Below, one piece after another: positions 43,845-54,679 of a stretch of 64,000 nt of DNA; positions within the stretch are counted from its first letter, which is position 1; each line of letters begins with the position of its first letter. Where the stretch lies: NCBI GenBank assembly GCA_965603825.1, contig CBFDEM010000014.1:124001-188000 (forward strand). The letters run 5' to 3'. The stretch comes from Blepharisma stoltei ATCC 30299. Lineage: Eukaryota > Protista > Ciliophora. Under the pieces are notes generated by a model. It had not been told where the DNA came from and made no database searches. It was given only the letters and a program-made list of their open reading frames with translations. Both the position numbers and the translations under genes were made by a program.

Positions 43845-44435
43845 ATGTCAAATCATCTTCCAAGAGTATTTAAAAATCCAAAATCACTTCCAGCTCACCT
43901 AATGTGCACCATTTGCAATGAAATTTTCACAGACCCTACCCGAGTTTCCTGTGGGCATACTTTTTGTTCTCACTGCATTCTGCAATGGATTAAAAAGTCT
44001 TCAACCTGCCCCAACTGCAGAGCAAATATCGATAAAAAAGGAACAGGCAAAGATCTTATTGCAGCAGCAGATATAAATTTATTAACGGTAGTTTGCAGCA
44101 ACCAAGGATGCTCCTGATTTGGCGCTTTGGAAATTTTAGAGTCACATCATAAAGAGTGCCCTTTCCACCCTGAAAGGCTTGATCCTTGGTTTTTAGAGCA
44201 GCTGCAAAGAGATGGAGGAACTAAAAACGATAATGCGACTCCTACAGTACGATTAATATCTTGGCTTTATCAAAAAAATGCTGCTGCTCTTAAAGACATG
44301 TTTAGCAATGATGATAAAGAATATAGCAGTATCTTTGAAATCCAAGAAGAAAATACAAAGCAAAAGAAAAATGCGAAAAGGAAGCAAGAAATTAAAAACG
44401 AAAATTGTAAAAAATTCCTCAACAGTAAAAAATAG
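43845..44435 (+). CDS. RING finger plus TRAF-type zinc finger protein
   Basis: CTIC..CGHTFCSHCILQW..CPNC, then CSNQGCSW(TGA 44115)FG...H..ECPF; the two track ORFs are in frame. Confidence 0.88.
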
Positions 44436-44697
44436 GTTAAATTATTTTAATTAATGAAGCTCAACTGCACACAAAACTACTTTGTTTGTTTCCCTTTAAT
44501 CTTCCTTTCTAAATCAAGATTTTTATGTTTATTAATGCAAAGGCAATAGTTTAAGATTTATCAAAATATTATTATAAGGCAATGCAATAGAATAATATTC
44601 ATGAATTAAATTATTAAAAATCCAATGCCAATTTATATCAAAAAATTAGTTAATTGTTTAATTTATTATTAAATCATATAATTTTGATATATCATAT

Positions 44698-45420
44698 TTA
44701 AGTGCTTGGTCGGATCCTCATTATATATACTTTAAATCTTTTCCATTCTGTAACCCCCAAAAACACAAGCGCTATACAAAAGCTATATAAATCAAACAGC
44801 ACAAATGCATACGGTTTATCGTTCCTTAAAATTTCTATTTCAGAAATCAGCCCAATTAAAGACCCAACAATTATGCACAATGTCAATAGCAAAGTTAAAA
44901 CAGTAAAAATTTTGTAACGCTGGCTCCTTTTCTGCACATAAGTTATAATTTTAATTGACACAAGTCCAATTAAAACAGCTAAAATAATAACACTATAAAT
45001 TCCACTCAGCTCTAGTGATGATTCCAGGCTGAAAATATGACTGACCTTGCTGCAGTTGTCAAAGTCATATATAATTACTGTCAGTAGCACGCTTGACATG
45101 AAAGGAGCATACAAGGCTCCGACCTTAGGAAATACATTAGTCCTCGCTATAAATTTGTAAAGGTTAATAATTTTGGCTATTAATAGAATTGCGGTGAAAA
45201 TTAGCCTGATGATATAACCCAGAGTTGTGGCTGTTTCAATAGACATATTGCCTACATTTAAAGAACAAGATGTATGAAAGACTGTTTGATAATTCATTTG
45301 TGCATCTATTATGGAAGCGACGAAAAAACACATATCTGCTACCAGCAAAATGTGCCCAGCGGCGCTCTGTACGTCATAAAGCTTGGTATTTGTAGAGATA
45401 TCTCTTAATAGGTCATTCAT
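44698..45420 (-). CDS. Hypothetical multi-pass membrane protein
   Basis: About six hydrophobic segments. ATG 45420 (MNDLLRD) is preferred over 45531 because the upstream part is spacer-like AT-rich; the start is uncertain. Confidence 0.68.
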   Translation of the reverse strand: MNDLLRDISTNTKLYDVQSAAGHILLVADMCFFVASIIDAQMNYQTVFHTSCSLNVGNMSIETATTLGYIIRLIFTAILLIAKIINLYKFIARTNVFPKVGALYAPFMSSVLLTVIIYDFDNCSKVSHIFSLESSLELSGIYSVIILAVLIGLVSIKIITYVQKRSQRYKIFTVLTLLLTLCIIVGSLIGLISEIEILRNDKPYAFVLFDLYSFCIALVFLGVTEWKRFKVYIMRIRPST

Positions 45421-45719
45421 ATTTTTTTGTTTATAACTAATTGATGGAGATTTTGCATTATTTTTGAAGTGAAAATAAAAATATTTTAAAGATAAATTTT
45501 CCACATTTATATACTGAAGATCAAAAGGCATTAAAGACTTTAAAAAATTAATAGGGAAAACAGCAAGTAGGTCCTATTAAATTTGCTAAATAAGTTAAGC
45601 TAATAAATATAGATAAAGACGCATATATTATAATAGGTATATGACAGTTCTGTTTATTAGAAAATTAAATAGCATTTTTTACATTTAAAATGCGAATTGC
45701 AGTCAAAGTTGCATAATAA

Positions 45720-47012
45720 ATGTTCAAAGCAATAAAGTTAATCTCCAAAAATGCTCGCTCTTTCAGCAGCTTTGAAGTTAAGGAAGGCATTGTACCAGGC
45801 AGACCTGCATATCTAGATTTCCAAGCTACAACTCCACTAGACCCTAGAGTCTTGGATGATATGCTTCCATTCATGGTATCAGAATTCGGAAATCCTCATT
45901 CACGAACTCATCAATATGGGTGGAAAGCTGCAGACGCTGTAGAAAAAGCAAGGAGCGAAGTAGCCGACATCATAGGTGCCGATCCGAAAGAAATTGTATT
46001 TACATCCGGTGCAACAGAGTCCAACAATACCGCAATCAAAGGCATCGCAAAATTCTATGCTCAAAAAGGCAAAAACAAAATAGTCACAATACAGACAGAA
46101 CATAAATGTGTATTGGACACATGCCGTCATTTACAGGAAGAAGGCTTTCAAGTTGTCTACCTTCCAGTTGAAACAAATGGTTTAGTAAATTTATCATCTC
46201 TCGAGCAAGCGATTGATGACAAAACTAGTCTGGTTACCATCATGGCCGCAAATAACGAAATCGGCGTAATTCAGCCTGTAAAACAAATAGGAGAAATCTG
46301 TAGGAAAAAAGGAGCATTCTTTCACTCAGATTGCGCACAAGCTGTTGGGAAGATCCCAGTCAATGTAAATGAAATGAATATTGATTTAGCCTCTATATCA
46401 GGCCACAAAATTTATGGACCGAAAGGAATCGGTGCACTTTATGTAAGAAGAAAGCCAAGAGTAAGAATAGAGCCGCTTATAAATGGTGGAGGACAAGAAA
46501 GAGGCATGAGAAGCGGGACTTTGGCACCTGCACTAGTAGTTGGAATTGGATCTGCTTGCAGAATTGCGAAAGAAGAGCTGCCAAGAGAAGCTGCTTATGT
46601 AGGAAATTTAGCAAAAAAGTTCAAAGAGGAAGTAATGAAAAGTGTAAAAAATGTGATTTTGAATGGAGACCCTGTGCATAGACTTCCTGGAAACTTGAAT
46701 ATGTCCTTTGCTTATGTGGAAGGGGAAAGCTTAATAATGGGATTAAAAAACTTGGCGCTATCTTCTGGGTCAGCTTGTACATCAGCTTCACTTGAGCCTT
46801 CTTATGTGCTAAGAGCAATTGGAGTCCAAGAAGATTTAGCACATACATCACTTAGAATTGGGTTTGGGAGATTTACGACAGAAGCAGAAGTTGATTACGC
46901 AATTTCTCTTGTTGGAAAGCATGTTGAAAAATTAAGACAATTGTCTCCATTGTGGGAGATGGTGCAAGAAGGAATAGATCTCAAAACGATACAATGGACG
47001 CAACCCCATTAA
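45720..47012 (+). CDS. NFS1: Mitochondrial cysteine desulfurase
   Basis: [37 protein letters not shown] (PLP lysine), [17 protein letters not shown]. Confidence 0.97.
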   Translation: MFKAIKLISKNARSFSSFEVKEGIVPGRPAYLDFQATTPLDPRVLDDMLPFMVSEFGNPHSRTHQYGWKAADAVEKARSEVADIIGADPKEIVFTSGATESNNTAIKGIAKFYAQKGKNKIVTIQTEHKCVLDTCRHLQEEGFQVVYLPVETNGLVNLSSLEQAIDDKTSLVTIMAANNEIGVIQPVKQIGEICRKKGAFFHSDCAQAVGKIPVNVNEMNIDLASISGHKIYGPKGIGALYVRRKPRVRIEPLINGGGQERGMRSGTLAPALVVGIGSACRIAKEELPREAAYVGNLAKKFKEEVMKSVKNVILNGDPVHRLPGNLNMSFAYVEGESLIMGLKNLALSSGSACTSASLEPSYVLRAIGVQEDLAHTSLRIGFGRFTTEAEVDYAISLVGKHVEKLRQLSPLWEMVQEGIDLKTIQWTQPH

Positions 47013-47043
47013 TATAGAATTATGCTAAAGTGTTTAGGGAAAA

Positions 47044-48729
47044 TTAATTTTCTTTATTTTTACATAAAAATGCTTTTGGAAATATTTTTCGAAAAAATAG
47101 CTCTAATTCTAAAGAATTTCTAAGAGTGGCCGTGCATTTTCTGAGGTTTAGAGACTGCAAATCGGTAAGAAGTTTAAAGCTTTTTGACTCTGGAGATACA
47201 TCAACCACATCATTATCATACTTTGCTGTAAACTTAACGTGCTGAGATGAGCCAAAGCATTGGAGATTAAAAATAGAGTTTCCTAACTTTATCTCAAATG
47301 CATAAACTTCACTAAACATCAAAATATCGAACTCTTCCTTTAGATACTCAGCATTCATTAACAGAGAGCAAGCTTCTTTTTGGGAAAATATATATCCTTG
47401 ATCATCAGTCTCTTGCCAATAAAGGCCATTCATTTGCGGGATATAGCTTAAATACTTCTGAACCACTCTTTTTATTCAGTCAGAATTCTCAAGGAATAAA
47501 CTGCTTTTAGGGGTAATTATGCTAAGAGGGACTTCTAAAGCATCATCTATTGAGCTAACTTGGATATGAACTTGCTGGTCTCCACTTTCTGTGAGCTGAA
47601 CAGAGCAAAGACCAAACCCTCTGATTTCGCAAATAAGACTATAAAATGTGTGGCTATGCCTATAGTCATATTGCAATTTCAGTTCATTGTTGGAATAGAT
47701 GAAGTAAAGATGTGGAAGAATGCTCTTTTTTGTATATGAATATATTTGCTTTTTATCTTGATGGGAGTTGGAAATAGGCACCCTTACGTTTATATTAAAA
47801 GCATCTCCAAATGATGTTTCAACACTGATTTCTATGTACTCCAACCATTTATCGCTTCGAAAATTTATTATATGATGTTCTTGGATTTTGGATCTAATTG
47901 ACAGACTATAAGAAATTTCTACTGGATTATTTAGTTCTCCGAAATGCTTAATTAAGCACATTATACATGAAATAGAGGATATTTTAAATATCCCTTGGTA
48001 TACAGATTCAAACTTTCGCAGCTGGTAGCTGCTTTTAAGGTCAAAAATCTCATTTTCAATATTGCCTTCATTTTCTAGATGCTTAGTCTCAGCTCCCATT
48101 TTCAAAATCGAATCCAGCCCCTCATTTAATTTTTGAAGTATCGCTTTTTCTTCAACCTGATTTATTTCATTTTCTCCATAAATATCTGGGATTGATGTTG
48201 ATAGCATCCTCAATCTTCCTAAAGATATTGATAATTCTTTGGTCTTCGAAAAATCATTTTCATAAGTTGCAAGATCTCTAATAAGCTCTAATTTATCACT
48301 TAGAACTCTTTGGACTTCAAACATGCTTTCTTTTACCTTTTTTTCATTATTTTCAGCTTTACGAGTAGGTGCTGGGCATGCTGTAGATTGTTTAGAAAAT
48401 TCTCTAGTTCCTGGTTTTGATTTCAGTTGTTTAGACGATATACTTGTCATGTTTAATTTTTTTTCCTTTGTTATTCCAGGGAAAATCTCTGAATCTTGAT
48501 TTATCCTAGCTGTTGATTGGCCTTGAGGAGCTATTGGTATAGAAAATTTTTTACTGCTGTAAAGCCTTGTGTAAGTTTGCATACGAATATTGCTCAGTGA
48601 TTCAGCGTTTGACGACCTTGATAAAGTGAAAGAATTTTTCAATAATGAGTCGGCCTTTCTTTTTGTGGGGACTTCTAGTGCTAGAACGGCTGGGAATTTT
48701 ACCTCAAAATTATTCTCCTTTACGCTCAT
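47044..48729 (-). CDS. Hypothetical protein
   Basis: ORFs 47476..48729 and 47044..47466 are in frame through the TGA at 47476-47478; ends in TAA. Confidence 0.75.
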
Positions 48730-49794
48730 GACTAATATTTTGAAGTTTATAATGGATATATAACATATTTTAGTTGACCGAAAATTATTTTTTTATTCAC
48801 TCAAAATTTTCATTAAAATAAGCCCTATATTTGATTAAATTTATATAAATAATAATTTTCTGATATCAAAAACAAGTGCATAACGAATACAATTCATTGA
48901 TGAAAATTAAAAAGATTTCAGATATTTAGTATTTTATACGACTGACATTTATATAAAATGTTTGCTTAAGAAATGAAATTCAATTGATGAAACTTCAATA
49001 TTAATTTTCCATTATATATATCCTCTTCAACTTATCAAAAGTATGTGAGCTAATAGCACTTAAAAATTTTATACACCAAATTTTAAGCGTTTATGTATAT
49101 TTAGAAAGGATTAGAGACTTATTAAACCCATTGTTTTCTATTTTAATATTCATCATGGCCTAAATTATTAAAAGCATTTATTATCTCAGTTTATCCTATA
49201 ATATTTACAAAAGTCTAAAACATTCAATTTACCCTTAAAAATTGCCAGAGGGCAAATGCTCATCTAAAAGTTTGAATTTGAAAATTTGTTTAATTTAAAT
49301 TCGTTTATATATTCCTATTCGATATTTGTTGATATGTTTTGCTCTTCTATCGCTTCTAAAACCTCAGATTTTCTCAGTGATTTAATCAGAAAAGGCTTTA
49401 TAAAGATCTCATTCTTCGCAGTACTTTCAGATCTTGGTCTCTGAATACTGATTACCTTTATTGGTGATTGAGTGGTCATAAATTCACTATTTGCTTCATC
49501 TGATAGCTGATCAGTTGTACAGCAGTTAAAAGTTTTGAATAATTGAAGTCTAGGTGATACTTACAGTTGACTCATTAAAGTTCTGAAAATATTTATTGCT
49601 AATATTAACAGAAATGCCCTATTAAGAATTTGGATTTGAGAAGTTAGTGGTCTCTGAAAGCCATTTCCTGTTTTAAATTCAATAATATTTTTATGATTTT
49701 GGCTGTGATTGGAGAATTTTGGATTAATTAACTTTATATTAAGAATATTTTTATTGATGCTTAACTTTAATGTTCCAATTTTAGGAAATTCGTC

Positions 49795-50313
49795 TTATCT
49801 TGAGGTTTTGATGGTCTTCTGTGTTCGGATTCTATTTAAATATTTAAATCCTACGGGCCGTATAGTATATTTTTGTCTAAACATTATAGGAGATATTAGC
49901 ATTCTATCTAATTCCCTTTTGTCTAGAGTTCTTGCAGCTAGTCTTAAGCCTTTCTTTTCTGTTTGAGTAGTTGGCTTTAAAAATGGTATCCTTCTATCTG
50001 TAGCTAATCCCATTTTAAGGAGAGTTTTAACTTTATTTTTGTGATTTGATACATTTGATCTTGAAGTAAGCGATTTATAAACTTCAAATATAACAGAATC
50101 CTCAAAAGGCTCCTCATAGCCCTTTTGATCCGGCTCTATCCCCGAAAGCTGCAATAGATTATTTGAATAATTTTCTCTATTCCGTTGTAAGTTACACTTT
50201 TTGACACCTTTCCTCAAAAGCTGTATCTTATTTGTATTTAAATCCATCATTATTTTTTCTCTATTCCAGCCTGACCCAGGTCTCATTTTCAATGGAAATT
50301 GTATATTATTCAT
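49795..50313 (-). CDS. Hypothetical basic protein, possibly truncated by a premature stop
   Basis: 172-aa ORF; the same frame stays largely open downstream to about 49315. Confidence 0.5.
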   Translation of the reverse strand: MNNIQFPLKMRPGSGWNREKIMMDLNTNKIQLLRKGVKKCNLQRNRENYSNNLLQLSGIEPDQKGYEEPFEDSVIFEVYKSLTSRSNVSNHKNKVKTLLKMGLATDRRIPFLKPTTQTEKKGLRLAARTLDKRELDRMLISPIMFRQKYTIRPVGFKYLNRIRTQKTIKTSR

Positions 50314-50362
50314 CTATTTTTTAATAAAATCAGCTTCAGTATGAGACATCATTTTCTCAAGT

Positions 50363-51430
50363 ATGAAAAATCCATTTAAAAAACTAATGATTTCGAATGA
50401 TGAAACCATAATTGATAGATGCAAAGGTGCTATTATTGGAGCATGGCTTGGAGATGCAATAGGAGCTGTGCTTGAATTCCAAGGAGTCCCAAATGTGTCT
50501 TCTCTTAGAGCTGCTTTTGAACTAAGAGGGGGAGGGTTGCATCATGCAGGCCCAGGACAAACCACTGATGACAGTGAGCTTACTTGCTGTCTTTTGCGAG
50601 GACTGTCTAATAGTAGCAATCTAAATTTAAACTATATAGCTGAACAGTATGGAAACTGAATTACTTCAAGACCTTTTGATCTGGGAGGATCCCTCAGAAA
50701 CAGTCTACCAAAAGCTGCAAACCTAAAAAGCCACGTCGCAGAAATGGTAAGAAGAGGTGCAGCAAAAAACCAAGATTCCCAAAGCAATGGCTGCTTGATG
50801 AGAATTTCGCCATTAGCGGTGTGATGCCGAAATTTAAGTCCTGCAGATATAGTTAAAGCGGTTAAAGAAGAAGTCAGCCTTTCTCACCCAAATGTGACGG
50901 TTCAATTGGCATGTTGTTTTCATGTGATGGCGATTGGGATGCTAATTAATACTAGAGATAGAAGAAGCTCTTATATGAGGACTAAAGAAGAAATGGAACC
51001 TTATATGAATAATGAAATACGAGAATGGGTAGGCTTAATTGAAGCTGAGTCTATTGATTTGCCTGTGAATAAAGCATCTGGGTGGGCTAAAATAGCATTT
51101 GTGTATGGATTTAGAAGCCTTTTAGCGGGGGATAGATACTTGGAAGCAGTTGAAAAGATTTTATCAGGTGGTGGAGATACAGATACAAACGCTTGTATTA
51201 TTGGGTCATTAATTGCTTCTGCAGATGGACTTTCAGCTCTTCCAATAGAAAAGGTAAATCGAGTTTTAGCTTGGTCCCCAACTCTTGGAGGGATAAAAAG
51301 GCCAAAATGACTGAGACCTAGCTCTTGTATTAGCCTTATTGATAGCCTCATTGCCAATTCTCCTACACAATTAACTATAATTGGAGGAAAAGATGAATAT
51401 CCCGCAAAGAAAAAACCTGTAAAAAAATAG
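50363..51430 (+). CDS. ADP-ribosylglycohydrolase (ARH/DraG family)
   Basis: GDAIG, GQTTDDSE, SNGCLMRISP, SHP, GGDTDTNA; TGA=Trp at 50657, 50822 and 51308; TAG at 51428. Confidence 0.92.
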
Positions 51431-51476
51431 CTTAAAATAACAATTTATTGATCCTAATAAAATATAACTCTCGCCT

Positions 51477-52541
51477 TTAGAAATCTTCATCAATAGACGC
51501 ATCTCCCCTTATTCCACTTTTAATGGAAACTTCAAAAACAGTCCTTCCTATCTGCATCACAAATTCATCCTCTGCTTCCACTTTTTTCGGTTCCTGTAGC
51601 ATCACTAATGTTCCAAATTTGCTTGAATTGTCCTCCAAAATGAATTTCCCATTCACATACCTAATCATAGCATGCATCCTCGACACCGAAATATCAGAAA
51701 CCCTCAAATCAGAGTCATGACCTCTCCCCATTGTAATTGAGCATTTATTTTTAAAAGATACCAAATAAAGCATCCTATGGTTATTGCTGTCCCTAGACAT
51801 AGATTCTATCATACAATAAGGGGTTTGTATATCCCCAGATGTAAAAATTGCATAAACCCTTCTCCCCACCTGGACACTTGCTGGGTAAGGACTTTTACAA
51901 AGTTCACAGTCCATAGATTTTCAACAAAAAATCTCAGAATTCGGCCCAGTTTTGGTAGAAAATTTAGATGAGACCCATTTTTGGAGACATTGGACGTGTA
52001 TATGTTTCATTGTGCCTTTACAAATGCAAGGGCTGATAAGAGGATTTTCTTGGTCATTTGAATCGCAGAGGCATATTCTGCAGACGCTTTCTTCAGGTAA
52101 AAAATTTTCTGAGCTGCCCTGTATGAAGGTTAAAGGCTCGAAACTTGAGGTGTGGAGAGCACTGATTTTGAATTTAACACGGCCAAGTTTAATAATGGAC
52201 CCTTCATTGAGGTTGTAGCATTTCGAGTCTTCATTTGATTTCGTAACTCTTAAAGCGAGCCATAAAGGCTGATTTTCGTCAAATGGGGAGATGGAGTATT
52301 GTCCTTTGGCCAAAGAAATGTGGGCCAAATTTGAACGGTCGTCAACATGGTTTGTGTCGATTTTTTCGCTTAAAAATTGGACTTCATTGCTGATTCGGAT
52401 TAGCTTGCCTGAACAGTTGGCTCGGATGTTCTTTTTTTGGATGTTCTTGGACTCATAGTCGAAGAGACCATGAGAGTCTCTTGCCCATGTCATGGTCTTT
52501 AAGAGTACACTGTATAAACGTTACTATTGATCCTTTTTCAT
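51477..52541 (-). CDS. FHA plus RING-CH (RINGv) E3 ligase-like protein
   Basis: TWARDSHGLFDYE N-terminus, IKLGRVKF, CRIC..PCICKGT..HVQCLQKW..W(TGA 51921)KSMDCELCK, FHA GRGH..SVSRMH..DNSSKFGT; 15-nt intron 52510-52524 near the start. Confidence 0.9.
52510..52524 (-). other. 15-nt spliceosomal intron
   Basis: GTAACGTTTATACAG, A10; removes in-frame TAG TAA and links ATG 52541. Confidence 0.85.
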
Positions 52542-52604
52542 TTTTAAGTGATTATTTATATGAAATTACAAATAATTTTTATTGAATTTTAATTTTATTT
52601 ATAA

Positions 52605-54521
52605 TTAATCATGTGGAGATAGCTCAGCTCTAGAGAGTTTTTTGGACAATGTAATAGGTGTTGTGCTGCCTGAAGTTTTTAAGTCTGTAAAGCTGCGTGA
52701 TCTTCTTATGGATTTTATGACATCTGGGATAATTCTTGTGGGCAGCCCAGCTAGTACGCTTACCATGTCATTCTATATAATTCTTACAGTTTTGTCTTTT
52801 TTAGGTAGAGCATCTACTCTGATTTCTCCTGTGTTGCTAGTTTTATGATGCTTAGCAGGGCTATTTGATTGATGAAGTCTTGTCCTAATTATCACATTAT
52901 TTGGTTTTCCATTACTTTTAGTTTCTAATAAAACCTTTTTAACTTTCTTTTCTATGACTGCTGTTTGTGGCCTTGGAAAGCTGCTTGTTGGAGGCTTTCC
53001 TTTGATTATATTTTCACTTGTAGCTGGCCTTGGAGAATTTGAGCTGCTTTTGGAATTATTTGGATTTAATCTTGATCTTGATAGAGGAGGCAAGCCTAGC
53101 TTAATATTAGCTGTGTCGTCCATAATAGATTTACAATCATCAGCTGATTTCGGTGATGGCTCTGTATCTGGTGTGGCTAGTCGAGACAGCAAAGATTCAA
53201 AATTTCCAATTTTTTTCTCCTTTTCATTTACTATTTTTTCCCTTATTTTTAAGATTTCTTCATGGGCTTTGTTTTTAATTTCAGATAATTTAACAATAAC
53301 TTCTTTAGATTTCTGGATATCAACTCCTCCGTTGTAGGTTTCTATTAATTTTTGAAGCTCTAAGATGCTTAATTCGTCAAGATTTTCTTCATTTATGCTT
53401 CTATCAATATCAATTGTAATTGGAGGTTTTATTGTTCTTCGTTTTGAATTTTGGCCAAATTTATGAGTATTTCGGTCACTCCTGGGGATCTTTTCATTGT
53501 GCTGAGCTCTCTCAGGACTCTTATTATTAGATAATTGCTGGCTAGTTTTCTTATTATTTTGAGAAATTTGCAAATTATCAATATTTTGAACGATTTCCTG
53601 TGTCTTATCTGTTTTCATTAATTCATCAATTGAATTTACAAGCTCTACGTCCAAATCATGTTTTGAGAAGCAGCCTGATGTTCTTTCTGCATTTGAGCTA
53701 TCAGCTATTTCTTTCAAAGAGTTTTTAGCTGGATCATTTTCTAAAATAGTTGATTTGGGAACGGCTTGATTTTGATCCTTTTCAATAATTGCTATTCCTT
53801 CTTTTTGTAAATTTTTGGGTGGCCCTTCTTTATTTGCTGATTTAAAAATTTGATTACTCTTGTCTTCTTTTTCTTCTCTATGAAAAATTTTGGGCGATTC
53901 TGATTTTAAACTTGCAGACTTAAAAATAAATTGTTTTTGCCCCTCTTTATCTGTGTGTAAGCGTTTTATCAATGTTTTTGGTTTAGAAAAATCTAATTTC
54001 AAGTCCATATCATTTTCTTCTAATAATTCAAATGGATTAATAGTGGAATCTTCATGATTAGTATTTGATCGGTTTTCATATCTTCTATTTTTTATTCATG
54101 ATTCATTTAATTTAGGGCTGTTAAGGGTTTTAGTATCTGCAAAAATCAGCGGCTGTGTTGATGATTTATTTAGCTTTCGATTATTCAGATTCAGTATTTC
54201 GCTAATAGGACTCTCATCAGGGATTGGGTAATTACTTGGCGATTCATCATGCTTTCGAGCTTTTTCATCTGTATCCTCTATATCCGGACAATTAGATTTG
54301 TCATCGTTTATTATTTTAGTAGTTTCATAAATCGCATTATCTGAGAATTCCTTAACAAGAGTAGTTTTTTTTTGCTCAAGCTCTTCTTTGGTACATAATA
54401 AATATTCTTCAAAGCTGGGGTCATAATTATTTAAAGAAATCTCTTTCAGATGACTATCAATAATATCAATTTGATTTTGGATTTCTTTGAGAACATTCTC
54501 TAGTTTCTCACTAATACTCAT
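52605..54521 (-). CDS. Hypothetical low-complexity/coiled-coil protein
   Basis: ORFs 54096..54521 and 52773..54008 are joined through TGA 54096; the 15-nt intron 52773-52787 extends the frame to TAA 52605. Confidence 0.78.
52773..52787 (-). other. 15-nt spliceosomal intron
   Basis: GTAAGAATTATATAG, A10, in-frame TAG, followed by 55 open codons. Confidence 0.8.
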
Positions 54522-54679
54522 AATTTATATAATGGATTTAAGGCTAGTTATAGTAATTAACATATTTTTCGCATCTCTCTAAATAAAAAGACTATTTGAT
54601 TTGATAATTTATTAGAAAAAATATCACTTCATCATTAAAATAAAAAATTATATAAAAACTATTTATTAGTCATAATATA

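Noticed and set aside
50363-51430. ADP-ribosylglycohydrolase as a bacterial toxin-antitoxin or HGT module
   Set aside because: The family is widespread in eukaryotes, the gene uses host UGA-Trp codons, and no partner transferase is adjacent.
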